Shown here piece after piece: positions 22,024-34,408 of a DNA stretch of 64,000 nucleotides. Every line of letters begins with the position of its first letter. The stretch's first letter is position 1. The translations under genes were made by a program, and so were the position numbers. Under the pieces are notes generated by a model, which ran no database searches, was not told the origin of the DNA, and was given only the letters and a program-made list of their open reading frames with translations. Source of the DNA: Daphnia carinata (lineage: Eukaryota). The stretch is taken from NCBI RefSeq assembly GCF_022539665.2, contig NC_081331.1, forward strand, positions 8,184,001 to 8,248,000. Reading direction: 5' to 3'.

Positions 22024-22968
22024 TGTAACGAATCGTCTAGCGAAGCCCCTTCTTACCTTCTTTCTCAAATAGACTAGAACCTCATACCTGTAGCCCCTTG
22101 TTACTCAGAGCCTTCATTTACTAACCTAGTTGTAAAACTCCCTTAAGAATATAAAAATAATGAAGACATGTCTGGGCACGCTGGCTAAAAAAAGATTTAT
22201 TTCGGTTGGTCCGAGATTACCCGAAATGGCCTAAAACCGCCCGACCGATTTCTAGCTATCGTCCAAATTCGTTCGATACCGCCCGAATTTGCCCGCCTAT
22301 ACCTCTCCATTGCGCCCAAAATCGCTCGATACCGCCTGATATTGCCGCCTATCCTTTAACACTGTCCCGCAAGGCACTCACGGTCGAAGGCTAACATATA
22401 AGAAGCCATCGACAACTCACAGTAGTTAGTCGACCCCTTGAAGAACTATCTCGTGTAGACCTTCAGCACCCTTCCGAGCCGCTACCTCATCCTCTCCAGC
22501 TGAAGCGTAAGTTTTCCTCTTGTTGCTCTAACCTGCTTGTTCCTCAGTACCCCCTACACTAGGTTTTCTGCTAAGATCCTTATGTGTTAATTGAGTTAAC
22601 GGGTGATAAGTTAACGGCAATTGAATAAATAATTTTTATAAATCTTCTATATCGTATAGTTTACTATTTTACCAATTTCCGCGAAAACTGATTTCCGAAT
22701 CTCACGGATAAAGTAACCCTTCCCAGCGTATGTAACTTCTTCTCCCCTACATCATACAAATCGAAATCAAGCTGACTGCAAATCACTTGGCCCCTTAGGG
22801 TGCAACCTTTTAAATAATCTTAGACGCGCCTGAATCGAATACTGCTTGTAACGGGATCTGAAAATTTGTAAATGGAATTCTCGGTGTTAATTCATTCGTA
22901 TTCGTTCTTAGCTTAGCGACTTGTCGGGATTTAAGCTGAGGCTCCCTATCAACTGACCCAAAGTTACA
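22024..22968 (+). mobile_element. Candidate LTR (solo or truncated element)
   Basis: TGTAAC...GTTACA termini, internal short degenerate repeats (~22235-22350), TATA-like at ~22397, TGG-starting PBS-like sequence shortly after. No TSD seen. Confidence 0.45.
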
Positions 22969-23499
22969 GTTGATACCTATTGGTTTCTCTGACGCTGAGG
23001 AGGACCTGGGATGATAGGCCTTTTCGGATTTTTCGACCTAGGGCAATTGTTTGACCTATGGTAAATTACCCGTCAACAATAGCAAACTGGTGGTTGAGCT
23101 TATTCCAAGTACTGACGTTGAAATAGGCGACAATCAGCCTGAGAACGACTACGATATCCCCAAAAATTACAAATCAGCCTCAGTTGAGTAGTCCTGTAGT
23201 AGAATCATTGGCTGGTCTCGAAAAAGAAGGTCTAAGAGCTGTAGGCCTAGTCAGAAATTTTAATAAAGGTTGCGTGTGATTGGAATTCGTTTGGATGGGT
23301 TACGCTCCAATATCTGTCCTGACTACTGTTACTAGCTTGGAAAGAAAACCAAAAACAGTTTCGTACATGGGTCGCTTGTTGGATAAGAAACATTAACTTT
23401 TATATCAAATTGCCAGAAATTGCAAATCAAATTTTAGAATTGTCTTATAGCTCTGTTTAGCTCATGAAAGGAACGATACGGTATAGTAACACAGCAGAG

Positions 23500-24654
23500 C
23501 TCCCTGTTTCCGATAAAGCCAAGTATGGATCAAGGATTGAAAATCATAAAAACAGTCGGCAGGATCGAGGAACTATATCGATTTAAAGTAAAGAGTCCTC
23601 CGAGCCTTCTCCCAGTCAACAGAAGGTTTGCGAACAAGCTAATTATGCAAACGCATCTACGTCTATTTCATTCAGGAGTTAAGACGACTATGATGCAGCT
23701 AAGAGAAAAATTTTGGATCATCCACGGACGGGAACAATTATAAACAAATTCTAAGATCTTGCGTCATTACCGCAAACAACAATCAAGAGCATTATGGAAG
23801 TTATTGCGCCTCTGCCACTTGACCGGATCCGCAAGAGCCATCGTTTGAGACAACTGGTGTAGACTTCGCAGAAACAATCTACGTGAAGAAGAGTGCTAAA
23901 TCAAAATCTACCACAAAGGCTTACTTTGCCATCTTTACGTGTGCTGTTATCAGAGCCCCGCATTTGGAATTAGTGCACAACTTTTTAACACCTTCATTTT
24001 TACGAGCATTGCGCCGTTTCGTTGCTGGTCCGTTCAAGCCGTCAACAAATCCCAGCCGCTGACCTACACCTCAGAGGATGTGGGGTTGGAAGGCCCGTTA
24101 ACCCCAATTCAACTCCCGATTGGTAGAAGGCTTACTGAGCTTCCTTTCGTCACACAGCAAGATTTTGATCGCTCGTCTAACCGTAAAGCCCTTTTGCGGC
24201 GCGAAATACATCGATTAGCGCTAGTAAAAACTGGTGAAGTCGGTGGCACGTGGAGTATCTGTATGAGCTCGTCCGCCATAACAACTGAAAATCGAAAAAT
24301 AAAGTGAAGGCAGGGGGCTTGGTTCTCGTACACGATGACAATACTCATCAACAAATGTGGAAGTCGGGCATTGTATTGGAAACAGTACCTGGTAGAGATG
24401 GACACGTCCGTATCATTAGGCTGAAAAAAGCAAAACATGTCATCAAGCGCCCGGTTCAACGCTTATACCCGACGGAACTAAACATCAGACCTAGGAATTC
24501 GAACGCTGGAAGCTGATTTAATATAAGCGCCCCAACCGTCAACTAGGGATATCGGGTCGGAGCTTGCAGTTAACGAATCGTAACAACCAATGACTGGCGA
24601 CGGAATATCAGGAATCGATTCTCCATCGCATCTAGCAGACTCGACGGGGGAGGA
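23500..24654 (+). pseudogene. BEL/Pao retrotransposon integrase remnant with polypurine tract
   Basis: HSGVKTTMMQLREKFWI, APLPLDRI, TGVDFA, FTCAVIRAPHLELV and GIVLETVPGRDGHVR...RPVQRLYPTE spread over several frames; GGGGGAGGA at ~24646-24654. Confidence 0.88.
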
Positions 24655-24890
24655 TTTTGGAAAACGTCGTCATTATTTTAGATTTGCCCGTACCATTAAA
24701 CCAGAGTCATAGAAACCTGGTTCCTTCACGCTTAAGGGTAAATGCTATACGGGTTTGCTGGGACTCGTGGTTGAAATTTTAGCGATTTTGTGGGCGGAGC
24801 TGTCCTTTCTAAAGAGCCATCTGTTGAGTAGATTTAGAGATATCTCGACAATGATGTCGTCCACCATTTAGAAACGTGATACTGGCTGCA

Positions 24891-26622
24891 ACGGGGAATC
24901 GTTGTAACGTAAGTGGTTGTCGTGAAATTAATTCAAAAGGAAATACGAAGGAAAATGGAGTAACTTTCTTCAAAATTCCAAAGTTGTCGTTGACCAAGTG
25001 GCAAGGCATAATGCCAACAAGTCTATTGACAGAAACGTCTCGAATATGTAGTCGTCATTTTGATGCCAACGACGTAGTAAAAGGAGTCACTATATTAAAT
25101 GTATTCCATCCCTATAAATATTGGAGACTTAGAGATGGTGCAGTTCCAAAACATTTCTTAATTCTAGGTAATCTAGCTCTACATTTCGTAATGTTAAAAG
25201 ATTTTCTAACTTATTTTGTTGTATTAGATGTGACGAGTAGACCACCACTACAAAATATCCTACAAGAAACGTGTAATAATCTGAGGAAAGGTATATGTTC
25301 ATTTTATGGTGTTATCGAATTTGAAGATTGTATACTAATATTATGATAAACCACAATTTATATTTCCAGGGCTACATTGTGAACCAAATGGGGGTACGTT
25401 GAAACGTAAAGGTGCACAAATAGGTGGAACAAACAAGAAGAAAACAAAAACCAGTAAACTACAGCATAACCAGAGAGCAAGTACAGCTGATAGCGAAATG
25501 GAAACGTTGAATTTACCACAGATAGATCAATTAGAAAATGTGACTGCCACTGAAGAACAATCAGAACTGACCACTGGTAATAGCGAAGTTGAAATGTTGA
25601 GTCTACCACAGATGGAACAACTAGAAAATGTCACTGCCACTGAAGAACAATCAGAACTGATCACTGGTAATAGCGAAGTTGAAATGTTGAGTCTACCACA
25701 GATGGAACAACTAGAAAATGTCACTGCCACTGAAGAACAATCAGAACTGACCACTGGTAATAGCGAAGTTGAAATGTTGAGTCTACCACAGATGGAACAA
25801 CTAGAAAATGTCACTGCCACCGAAGAACAATCAGAATTGACCACTGGTAATGGCGAAGTTGAAATGTTGAGTCTACCACAGATGGAACAACTAGAAAATG
25901 TCACTGCCACCGAAGAACAATCAGAATTGACCACTGGTAATTTGATTAGGCCTAATCAATAAATTGTCTTTTTAAATTATATTTTTTCGTTTAGTAGATA
26001 CATTGAACAGATATGGCATGGAAGTCTATGAAGGCTCTCAAACCAATGATGGAATATCAGCCCAACATAGCCAGAAACCAGTAGAAAACATCGTTGCTAT
26101 TTTACAAGAACCTTGCAATGAACAAGAGAGTCATCCAAGTGTAGAAGAAAAATTACATTACAACTCAACAGCAGCCAATGGTAAATCTTTTAGTGTTAAC
26201 AAAATTCCAATTATCATTAATATTTCATGCTACTTTCAGTTGTACGTTATATCAATCAAGGTGTGATGGAAGTTAATGAAGCAACCATTCCTATTACCGA
26301 AAAATCTACAAATGCTGAGTTTCAAACAAACTTTGCTACTTATCAATCGCTTTCACTTATGGTGAAATTACCAGATGATGGGCATGGATGGATGTGGTCG
26401 TATAATAGCCACAATCAAACAATTTTTTGCACCAATCCGGATATGTTACCACATGGGAATATGTTAGTGAGAACCGTGCAAGTTCTGAACGGCCAAAAAG
26501 TATTGTACTACTTCAATGGCAAGAATATCTCGCTCAACGATCTTGTGGAGACTTTTTCATCAATAGAAGAGCTTTCTAAAATTATTTTAAATGTACTTGT
26601 CGTAAAAACCCGGTTTCATTAA
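24891..26622 (+). CDS. Multi-exon THAP zinc-finger protein without a recognisable catalytic domain
   Basis: CNVSGC...FFKIP...W...RICSRHF...LRDGAVP is a THAP C2CH domain, followed by short GT-AG introns and further exons. The expected start codon position reads ACG. Confidence 0.65.
25490..25940 (+). repeat. Coding minisatellite, 5 x 90 bp (SEVEMLSLPQMEQLENVTATEEQSELTTGN)
   Basis: Units start near 25491, 25581, 25671, 25761 and 25851; nearly identical and in frame. Confidence 0.95.
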
Positions 26623-26818
26623 ATAAACAAAGAATAGGTACGTGACGAACAGCTGTTCTATCTCAAATTTCCCTCGTTTTGTGGGTCTCCTATGATTGGC
26701 TGTCGAAATTTTTACAGAAATTATCTCATTGGTTGTTTCCATGTAGTGCTCCACAAAAGCCGCTAGGGGCGCATTTTAAAGGACAGAATTCAACCACGAG
26801 TCCCAGCATACCCCGTAT

Positions 26819-28877
26819 TAGTGTTGGCGATTATCTAAGTTCTGCTAGATAAAAATTATCTACGCCCCTTTTAGATAACGATACGATTATCGATAAAATA
26901 TCTAATAACCCCCATCTACCGGCCAAAAATAGCACTGCAGAAATGATAGGGGTTAGTTTATCAGGTTTGTATCGATAATTCTAAACAATAACTTTATGCT
27001 ACAACCATCGTCTGCAATAACAAATGTCACAGCGCTGTGGTTATAGTCAGCGCATGTGGCCCAATGGTTCCGAGTTCAACGCTAGGTACGGATGTATGTT
27101 TTTATCGATTTTTTTGGTTGCAAATAATGTGTTTTATGCTTTGAAAAGCAAGCAGACGAATGAAATATTAGAATTCCGTTGTCGATTTGTATCGATACTA
27201 TTCGACAACAATGCATTTGGATTATGATTCGAATTTTATGAAGTGTGCTGGCGTAGAGCTATAAGGCGAGGTTCATGACACAAAGTCCTTAGGTTCAAGC
27301 CCAATCGGCGAATTTTACACAATTTTTGGTTTTGTGAGAAAAATTGCATATATGTTTCTACAAGAAGGTTTTTTTAGCAGCGGTAGCATTTGTCCTTTTT
27401 TAAAATATTTATAATATTATATTACGAAACTTAAAGCACTGATAAATTTATGGCAACACCCCCTAACATTGAAAAATTTCACTGCGCAGCTTCGTAAAAT
27501 TGAGCAGACGACGATAAAATTAGATATTCGTCTGCAATTTGTATCGATACTATCCCACACTAATACCACCTTGCTGGTTATAGATTTTATAAATACGTCA
27601 TGGCTATGTGGAAGAAGATGTGGTTCACGACATTTAGGTACGGAGTTCAACCCTCAAAGGAGACATAGTATTTCACTATTTTTATTTATTGCAAAAATAT
27701 GTTGTAGATGGTTTTTAACGGGAATTCACAAATATCTTGCATTACAGTCCTATATAAATATTGTGCCGTTTTTAAACTTAATTTGCTGTATAAGAATACT
27801 ATTAATTTGCGGTGGCAACCCTGATATCAATAGTAAACAAATCTTCACTCTAAATCGTTGCAGACGACAGTAATGTTAGATTTTCGTCTGCAATTTGTAT
27901 CGATACTCGTTAACATTATTATTATGTATTGCTTTTCTGAGAGTTGTCATGAGGGAGTAGCGCTGTGGATAAGTACTGCGACTGGGATTCGGAGTTCTCG
28001 AGTTCAAATCTGTTTTTGGGGTATTTTTTTTTTACAATCTGTTAGACATTAAATTTTAAACGTATCTCAGTTATAAAAAGTTAGGATAATCGCTCTCTGT
28101 TAACTGAGGCGTGTACGATACTAATAAAATAAGATTTGTAATTTATAAATGTAACAGATTTTCATAGCAAAATAGTATTCTGTTTAGCATCGTTCATAAA
28201 GCAGATGACGGTAAGTAACGGTTGCTTCTGAAATTTGTATCGATACTCGGCACCAAACGTTGGACTTATTGCCTGACACACACAATTTGTGGAGAGTTGG
28301 CGTTGTGGATCTATTCGGCGCTCGCAATACAAAGTACGGAAGTTCGAATCCGTCTGCAAGACATTTTTTTAAAATTTGAAATACATATTTTTATATCCGG
28401 ACGATAAATACATTTGCACAATGGTAAATTATTATTTTCTCTACATTTTATATTCTTGTAGTAAACATTTCAACAAAAATCTATTATATTTCATAAGGCA
28501 ACACTGATTTGTATAACTAAAATCATCTGTTAAGACTTGTAAAGTAAAGCAGACGATAAAAATATTGTATTTCATGATATTTGTATCGATACTCGCCAAC
28601 GAAAACCATACTTGTGCCATGTCGTTTTTTTCTTACTGATTTAGCGGTGTGGGTTAAGTGGTGCTCGTAACACGAAGCGTCGGAGTTCAAATCTAGGCAG
28701 AGGTGAAAATTTTTAAATTATTATAGTTTTTTTTATTTGCACTAGACGCCATCTATTGTTAAATGGGAGATCTATTTGGAATGTTCGATACAGCGATTAT
28801 CTAAAAAAGTCGACTATCTAAAAACTATCTAAAAATATCGATATATCGTTTTGAGGTTTAGATAGTCGCCAACACTA
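26819..28877. mobile_element. Non-autonomous hAT-like element (2059 bp) with perfect 8-bp TSD
   Basis: TIR TAGTGTTGGCGA(T/C)TATCTAA at both ends; TSD CCCCGTAT at 26811-26818 and 28878-28885; no credible ORF. Confidence 0.93.
26965..28710 (+). ncRNA. Array of six diverged tRNA-like Pol III cassettes, each preceded by TTTGTATCGATA
   Basis: A-box-like (T/A)RGCNNNGTGG (degenerate in the second unit), B-box GTTCRA at 27074, 27293, 27645, 28002, 28342 and 28685, and downstream T-runs. Period 340-356 bp for the last five units. Cloverleaves are degenerate. Confidence 0.65.
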
Positions 28878-29145
28878 CCCCGTATAGACTTTTCCATAAG
28901 CGTGAAGGAACCAGGTTTCTATGACTCTGATTATATCTATTTGGCGAATGCGTAGGGAATGAGGAAAGGCTTCCCACGCCACAAGCCCATCTTAGATTTT
29001 TTTTTACTGGTCACGACCTCGCTTAGGGTGAGCCTCCAGTAGAATGAATTGAGAAATGCTATGTTCAAGTCGTCATACTTACGCAAGACCAATAAATTAA
29101 GGAAGGAAAATAAAGAAATTCAAGGTTAAAGTGTTGGCGCGTCTA

Positions 29146-29481
29146 TCAATCTACTAGGCAATTTCTAACGCAAAGGGTAAAAATAAGTAATAAAATTACA
29201 ATAAAAATTCTTACAGGATATGCGCATTTGAAAATTTCCTGCAAACGATGATGAGCGTATTCTACAATCTTTTCCCCTGGCTTACGTTTAGCTTTATTAC
29301 ATTTCTTTTGATAAAGGTCTTGATTTTCATCCATATGAAAATGATTAAGAAGAGATTCTTTAATTACGGCGGAATCATGTGGATGAGCTTTCAAAGTCTC
29401 CTGAATAATTGAAAAAGCTTTATCTGTCAACTTGACTCTTAACATCTGAATAGCTTTTTCTTCTGACCAACCTGCCCACAC
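29146..29481 (-). pseudogene. LTR-retrotransposon gag remnant
   Basis: GWSEEKAIQMLRVKLTDKA...RKPGEKIVEYAH..LQEIFKCAYP resembles retrotransposon capsid regions. Confidence 0.6.
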
Positions 29482-29811
29482 GGCACGACGGGCCTAAGTA
29501 CCGCTGCAGAACTTCCTACCATCCTCCTCAGTGTTCTCCATAACCGTCCTAAATTCCTTTTAGAACCTTCTTTTTGGTCACCTGGTAGTTGCCTGACAGG
29601 CTCTGCAGTCTCTCTTACATCACCTTCAGCTAGTACTAAGAACCTCCCATGATGAAAAAAATTGCGGATATGTATTCGATATACCTAGCTGCTTTATATA
29701 AGTTTCATAGAATTTGAATGCAATTAAAACATAAAAGGAATATTAAACGACAACAGATTTATTTGAAATTCTATATTCAATTTCAAAAACTTTATCTTTT
29801 ATTGGGATTCG

Positions 29812-29932
29812 CGTGAAATAGGACTGAAACGATATAGGACTGGGAGAAATAGGACTGACTTTTAAAATATTTTAGTACAGTCCTATTTCTCCATGGCATT
29901 AGTCCTATTTCTCTTTATAGATAGTCCTATTC
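29812..29932. repeat. Cluster of direct and inverted ATAGGACT repeats, probably a DNA-transposon subterminal region
   Basis: Three ATAGGACT copies followed by three inverted AGTCCTAT copies. Confidence 0.5.
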
Positions 29933-30664
29933 CGTTTAACTTTTTCCAATTGGAACGACGAGCCTCCAATCCGGATAAATTGCCTAAGAACGTCGGCTTA
30001 TACCCAATTTCCTTTTTAAAAAACCGATGGTGTTAACTCATTACTTAAATGATTCACAAAACTTTTTTTATGCTATTTTAATTAAAATTGCAGGAGAACG
30101 TGAACAATATTGTATTTAATAGAGTTCATTTAACAAAATACAATTTGAGCAAAATCAGAAATATTTATTACTTATATTGCACTTTATGTGGTCATAACAA
30201 ACTTTTCCAATTGCACTAATGTTTGACTATTTCACACTACTATCGTTGCATAATATACAGCTCTTACATATTTTGATTTTGCTCTAATAGTATTTTATTA
30301 CTATTTGTTAATTACCATGAAATTACATGTCCAGTTACATAGGAGGTGCAATACGTTAGCCCATAGGCATTTTTTAGGTGGTATGATTGAAATTGGTCTA
30401 TTTTTCCCGTTTTACGACCGAATAGAATGACAGCGAATTTTATTTTTCAGTAGACTATGCATTTCCACCGCTAATGGCTGTTTCCTAGTTTTAACCTGAA
30501 ATTTCTAATATAAGGAATTGCCGCATTTTCTGACCAGATGTTACAGGATTCGGTTTGTCAGGTTTGGCTTTAGTTATTAGAAAAATAGGCAAAATGGTGA
30601 CGCTAAGCACTTGGCTGGCATGGTAGTAACATCCAAAACTGTCACGATGTTGTCCCGGATCATA

Positions 30665-31560
30665 CCCTACTAGCACTGTGCCGTCATAGGGACATTCGTA
30701 AGATATCCGTCGTATCCGAGCTGGATATCCGTTTCGACGTCCGACGGATATCACAGGGACTTCCTAATGTCCGCTCTTAGGGACATCACAACAAGGATGT
30801 CTTGTCGGTTTGCATATGAATGTCCCCATAACGTCCATGTACAGATATCCCTGTAACGTCCCGCAGAAACCAAATAAGGATGTGGCGCGTACTTAGGAAA
30901 GGAGAAAAAAGAGGTGATGTATACTGGATTCGAACTCGAGACTCCCGCACAACAGCCGAGTGTGCTATCCATTAAACCAATTCAAGTTGTATAAATTAAT
31001 GTTGTTAATTGTTGTTAATTGATGTTAACCAGAGAAATGAAAGTTTTCCTGAGAGATCGTAAGTATCCTAGTAACGTACCTCAGTTAATTAGGTTGCATT
31101 TCTCAGGCCCATTATTACAGTCCAAAATCACAGTATTGTTTAACTGTATCGTGATTGCCGTCTATAACTGAATAATAAACTAACTTAATGATGGATTCTA
31201 TGCCTATTTTTTATTATGAGTCCCTGTACAATAAAACACGTCGGGTTTTTGACGTCATTTGGATGTGGAATTCAAATTTTTGCCGTATGTCCCCGTTTGG
31301 ACATCCGATGTATGTCCCCGTTTGGACATCCGATGTATGTCCCCGTTCGGACATCCGTTGTACGTCCCATTGTAGACCGCTGCCCGAAAGGCAATTTCAT
31401 CTCCTCGTTGGATATCTCTGAGATGTCCGGCTAAGGATGTTCGAACAACGTCCCATTAGGTACGTCCATAGGATGTCTCAATGGCGTCGAAAGACGACGG
31501 ACCTAAATCGGATCTGCCGACGTCTCTATGACATCCTCAAGACAAAGTGTGCTAGTAGGG
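30665..31560. mobile_element. Non-autonomous CMC/EnSpm-like element with an internal tRNA-like unit
   Basis: TIR CCCTACTAGCAC...GTGCTAGTAGGG, 2-bp TSD TA, many GGACAT/GACGTC subterminal repeats, about 3 x 25-bp tandem repeat at ~31285-31360. Confidence 0.8.
30915..30985 (-). ncRNA. tRNA-like (pseudo-tRNA or SINE head) Pol III unit
   Basis: A box TGGTTTAATGG, B box GAGTTCGAATCC, then TTTTTT. Confidence 0.6.
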
Positions 31561-32023
31561 TACTGCTGTACCATGCGATCCACACCGTGACGTTAGCTTT
31601 TATTTCACTTATTGTAGTGCTCGACCTCCATCCTATTGAAACAGTTTTATTGTTTGTGTTTTTAATCATTTCTTTTGGTTGCCTTTGTTAGTTCATTAAC
31701 GTTAGCGAATAATTTTTTGGAACCCACACATTGTCTTCGTCATTCGTGTGAAAAACAGCCGCCTTAATAATTTATTGAATAAACAATGGTAAACCCCAAA
31801 ATTTATATTATCTAACAATTTTACTTGATTTTATATATTTCTTTGAAACAGCCAAATGTTTTTGTGTTACTTGAAACGCACGAGTCTTACTTTCATGGAG
31901 GGATCTTCTAAAGCACTCCTGAGCATATCACCAACAATTTCTTGAATTGAAAATATTGGCATGTTCCTCCATAATTTTCCAGCTTCGTGCTCTCATTCCC
32001 ATCTACAATGCTTTCAAAAGATT

Positions 32024-33356
32024 CTAATCATGAGTCGAAACGTACAAGAGGGCTTCCCGAAAAAGAAGGAAGTAATTGTAAACGGGAGGTCTGCTGGTTA
32101 TTTTGGGCTGGTCATTTAAATCGTTAACAGTGGCTGCTCTTGAGGGAGAAAAAAATTCAACCATGTTTGGATTCAATGTGGGAAATTTCGAAGTTCCTCC
32201 CTTCGGATTCTGAGGGTGCTCTGCAATGTTATGCGTAATTGCTCGAGATTCTCTTGCTTTTCTTCCGGTTGATTGGATCGCTGAACTCGTGGGGAGTGTT
32301 AAGTGCGTGAGGAAGTTGATGGTTGGTTTCCTCGGCGTGTCTGTCTTCCCCTCAGTGTGTTTTCCGACGGCGGAGATTCTTGCTGAATTGGCGCTGCTTG
32401 CTGTTGTGTTGGGTTCGGTTGTATGAATAACAGCGACTGTCTCAATTGTCTTTTTGTTTGCGTGAGTCTTTGTTTGATATCCCTCGCATGTTGCTCTTGG
32501 TAGCCCTAGTGGCTTGGTGACTTCAGGGAAATTGTTCAATTGGTTCAAGATGAATACCATTTCTGGCTGCAACACCTTCAATTGGTGACCGACTGTAGTT
32601 TCCTTAGATATGAGGATAGGCTGTCGGCTTCCATTAGAAACGTTTGCTGAGATTCCAGCAGATAAATCTCCTCCAGCAATCTCTTCCAGGACGGATCTCT
32701 TCCAGTATTGATACCTCAGACACCTCCGAGGATGAGAGGATAATACTCTCCAACTCTCGTCCCTGTCTCTGATGTCTCGTCTCGGAACGAAATCGAAGAG
32801 CTACTTCTCCAATTGTTGGTGTTAGCTTTTGCAAGTCGATGATGTCGTAGATCTGTCCCTGCAGGAAAATCAAAAACTGTCTCGCGTGCGTCGTGAAAAT
32901 TTTTGTCAGCTCGGTCACTAGTTGCTCCGTTTTCCGGTTCGTCTTCCTCTTAGTCGGCCCACGGGTTTTTCTTTCCAGAATGGACGTCGAGTATCCAAAA
33001 GAGTCGTCGGACTCTACCAATCTGCTTGCGTTTGCGGGTAGACTTGGTTTTTCTTCCGGATGTCTTTCATCTACCAGATGAGAGGGTCTCAGGCTTTCGG
33101 GTCGCTTGACTGGAACTCCTTCTCCCTCTCCTTGAAACTTCTGATGGCTAGTAGTAGGAACCGCAACTGGCTTATTGGTGTCTGGAAAATGCTGTCTTGA
33201 TTCTTCTTTGCTTCTTGAGATATATGCTGGATGCTTACATAGAGCTGGTTTTCCATTGGGTGTATTTCTGTTCTGAAAAAGATTTGAAACAGTGCTCGAT
33301 ACAGCGCTTGATGGGGACGGGTTTTTGGAAACAGATTTCTTAGGTGAAGATGGCAT
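32024..33356 (-). other. Degenerate S/P/T-rich coding-like region of unknown identity
   Basis: 240-aa and 185-aa ORFs in series. TATAAAAG at ~33795-33802 on the minus strand and a possible 5'UTR intron. No domain recognised. Confidence 0.3.
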
Positions 33357-34408
33357 ACTAATTTAACTAGAAAGGAGGGCGAATTTTTCACAGTCGTGGC
33401 TTTAGAATTTATAGAATATATTTTCTAAAGGTAGGCTCAAGAAGAATGAAACAACAAATACACAATTTTGCGAATAAGCGGGGAACTGGAAAGTACAAAA
33501 GTAATGCAAGTGGAGCTTACCGCGTTATACCGAGGAAAGGGAAATATAAGAAAACGCAAGTTGAGTTGAGTAAGAGAACAATACAGCTTCATGAACACTC
33601 TGCAAATAGAAATAACACGTGGGAATAGTCATATAAAGGAAATATTAAGCGGAATGAAACGGAACACTACTTAATTGAATAAACATCAAAATACTAAATG
33701 TAACTGTTAATCAATAACTTGAAACTAACGGGAAAGGACCTACCGACCAGCTCTGTAGAAATTGGGAACTAACTAGAGAAACAAAATGGCATCCTTTTAT
33801 AGGTTTCGGATGTATTAAGAAAACATAGCATTTCCGAATTGATGCAACCAGGATGTCTTTCACTTGCGCGTCGCACGTGCCAACATTTCAGGTTCATGGA
33901 AACCGATGGCGCGATGTCCTACTCATGAGTCAGATCCAATCACAAATAAGAAAAACAAATACAGCTCATGGAAAAGGCAATGACACTTGATAATTATGAG
34001 TTGTGATGATATAATTTTAAGATAAAAGGGAGGAAATAACAAAGTCAATAATTTCGTTCGGTTTTTCGAATTTACCGTCACGTTGCTCTTCATTTTTTAC
34101 GATTAAGTTCCGATAGTGCTATAGTATTTATTAGGTTCTTAATTTTTTCCAGTTTTGTTTTAAGAAATTTAATATCGGTTTGCAGTGTGGCTATTGGCCT
34201 TTTTTTCGTTCGACTTCTGTGTCGTGTCCTTTTGTATATAATCATTCATCTTAGTTGCTTCACTAAAAATAGAAGAAAATCGATCATCATGTAGAGTGAC
34301 GATTCTTTCGATAAGCAACTTCGAGATCTTGTTACGTTTGATCATCCTCTTTCCAGTTTTTCCAGTTTTTCTATTTTGCAAGTTTAATCTTGTGGGTGGT
34401 TAAGGCTG

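Larger units (their letters stand above)
24702..28929 (+). mobile_element. P-element-like THAP-encoding DNA transposon, internally deleted, with a nested insertion in its right end
   Basis: TIR CAGAGTCATAGAAACCTGGTTCCTTCACGCTTA at 24702 and inverted ending at 28929. The extended TIR (GCTGGGACTCGTGGTTGAA) resumes at ~26789-26808. TSD not clean. Confidence 0.85.

Noticed and set aside
26965..28710. CRISPR array or integron cassette array
   Set aside because: Repeats are degenerate, the period is ~350 bp, the intervening DNA shares A/B-box architecture, there is no cas or integrase gene, and the context is eukaryotic.
26965..28710. Cluster of functional tRNA genes
   Set aside because: Acceptor and anticodon stems do not pair convincingly, so no anticodon can be assigned; reported as tRNA-like only.
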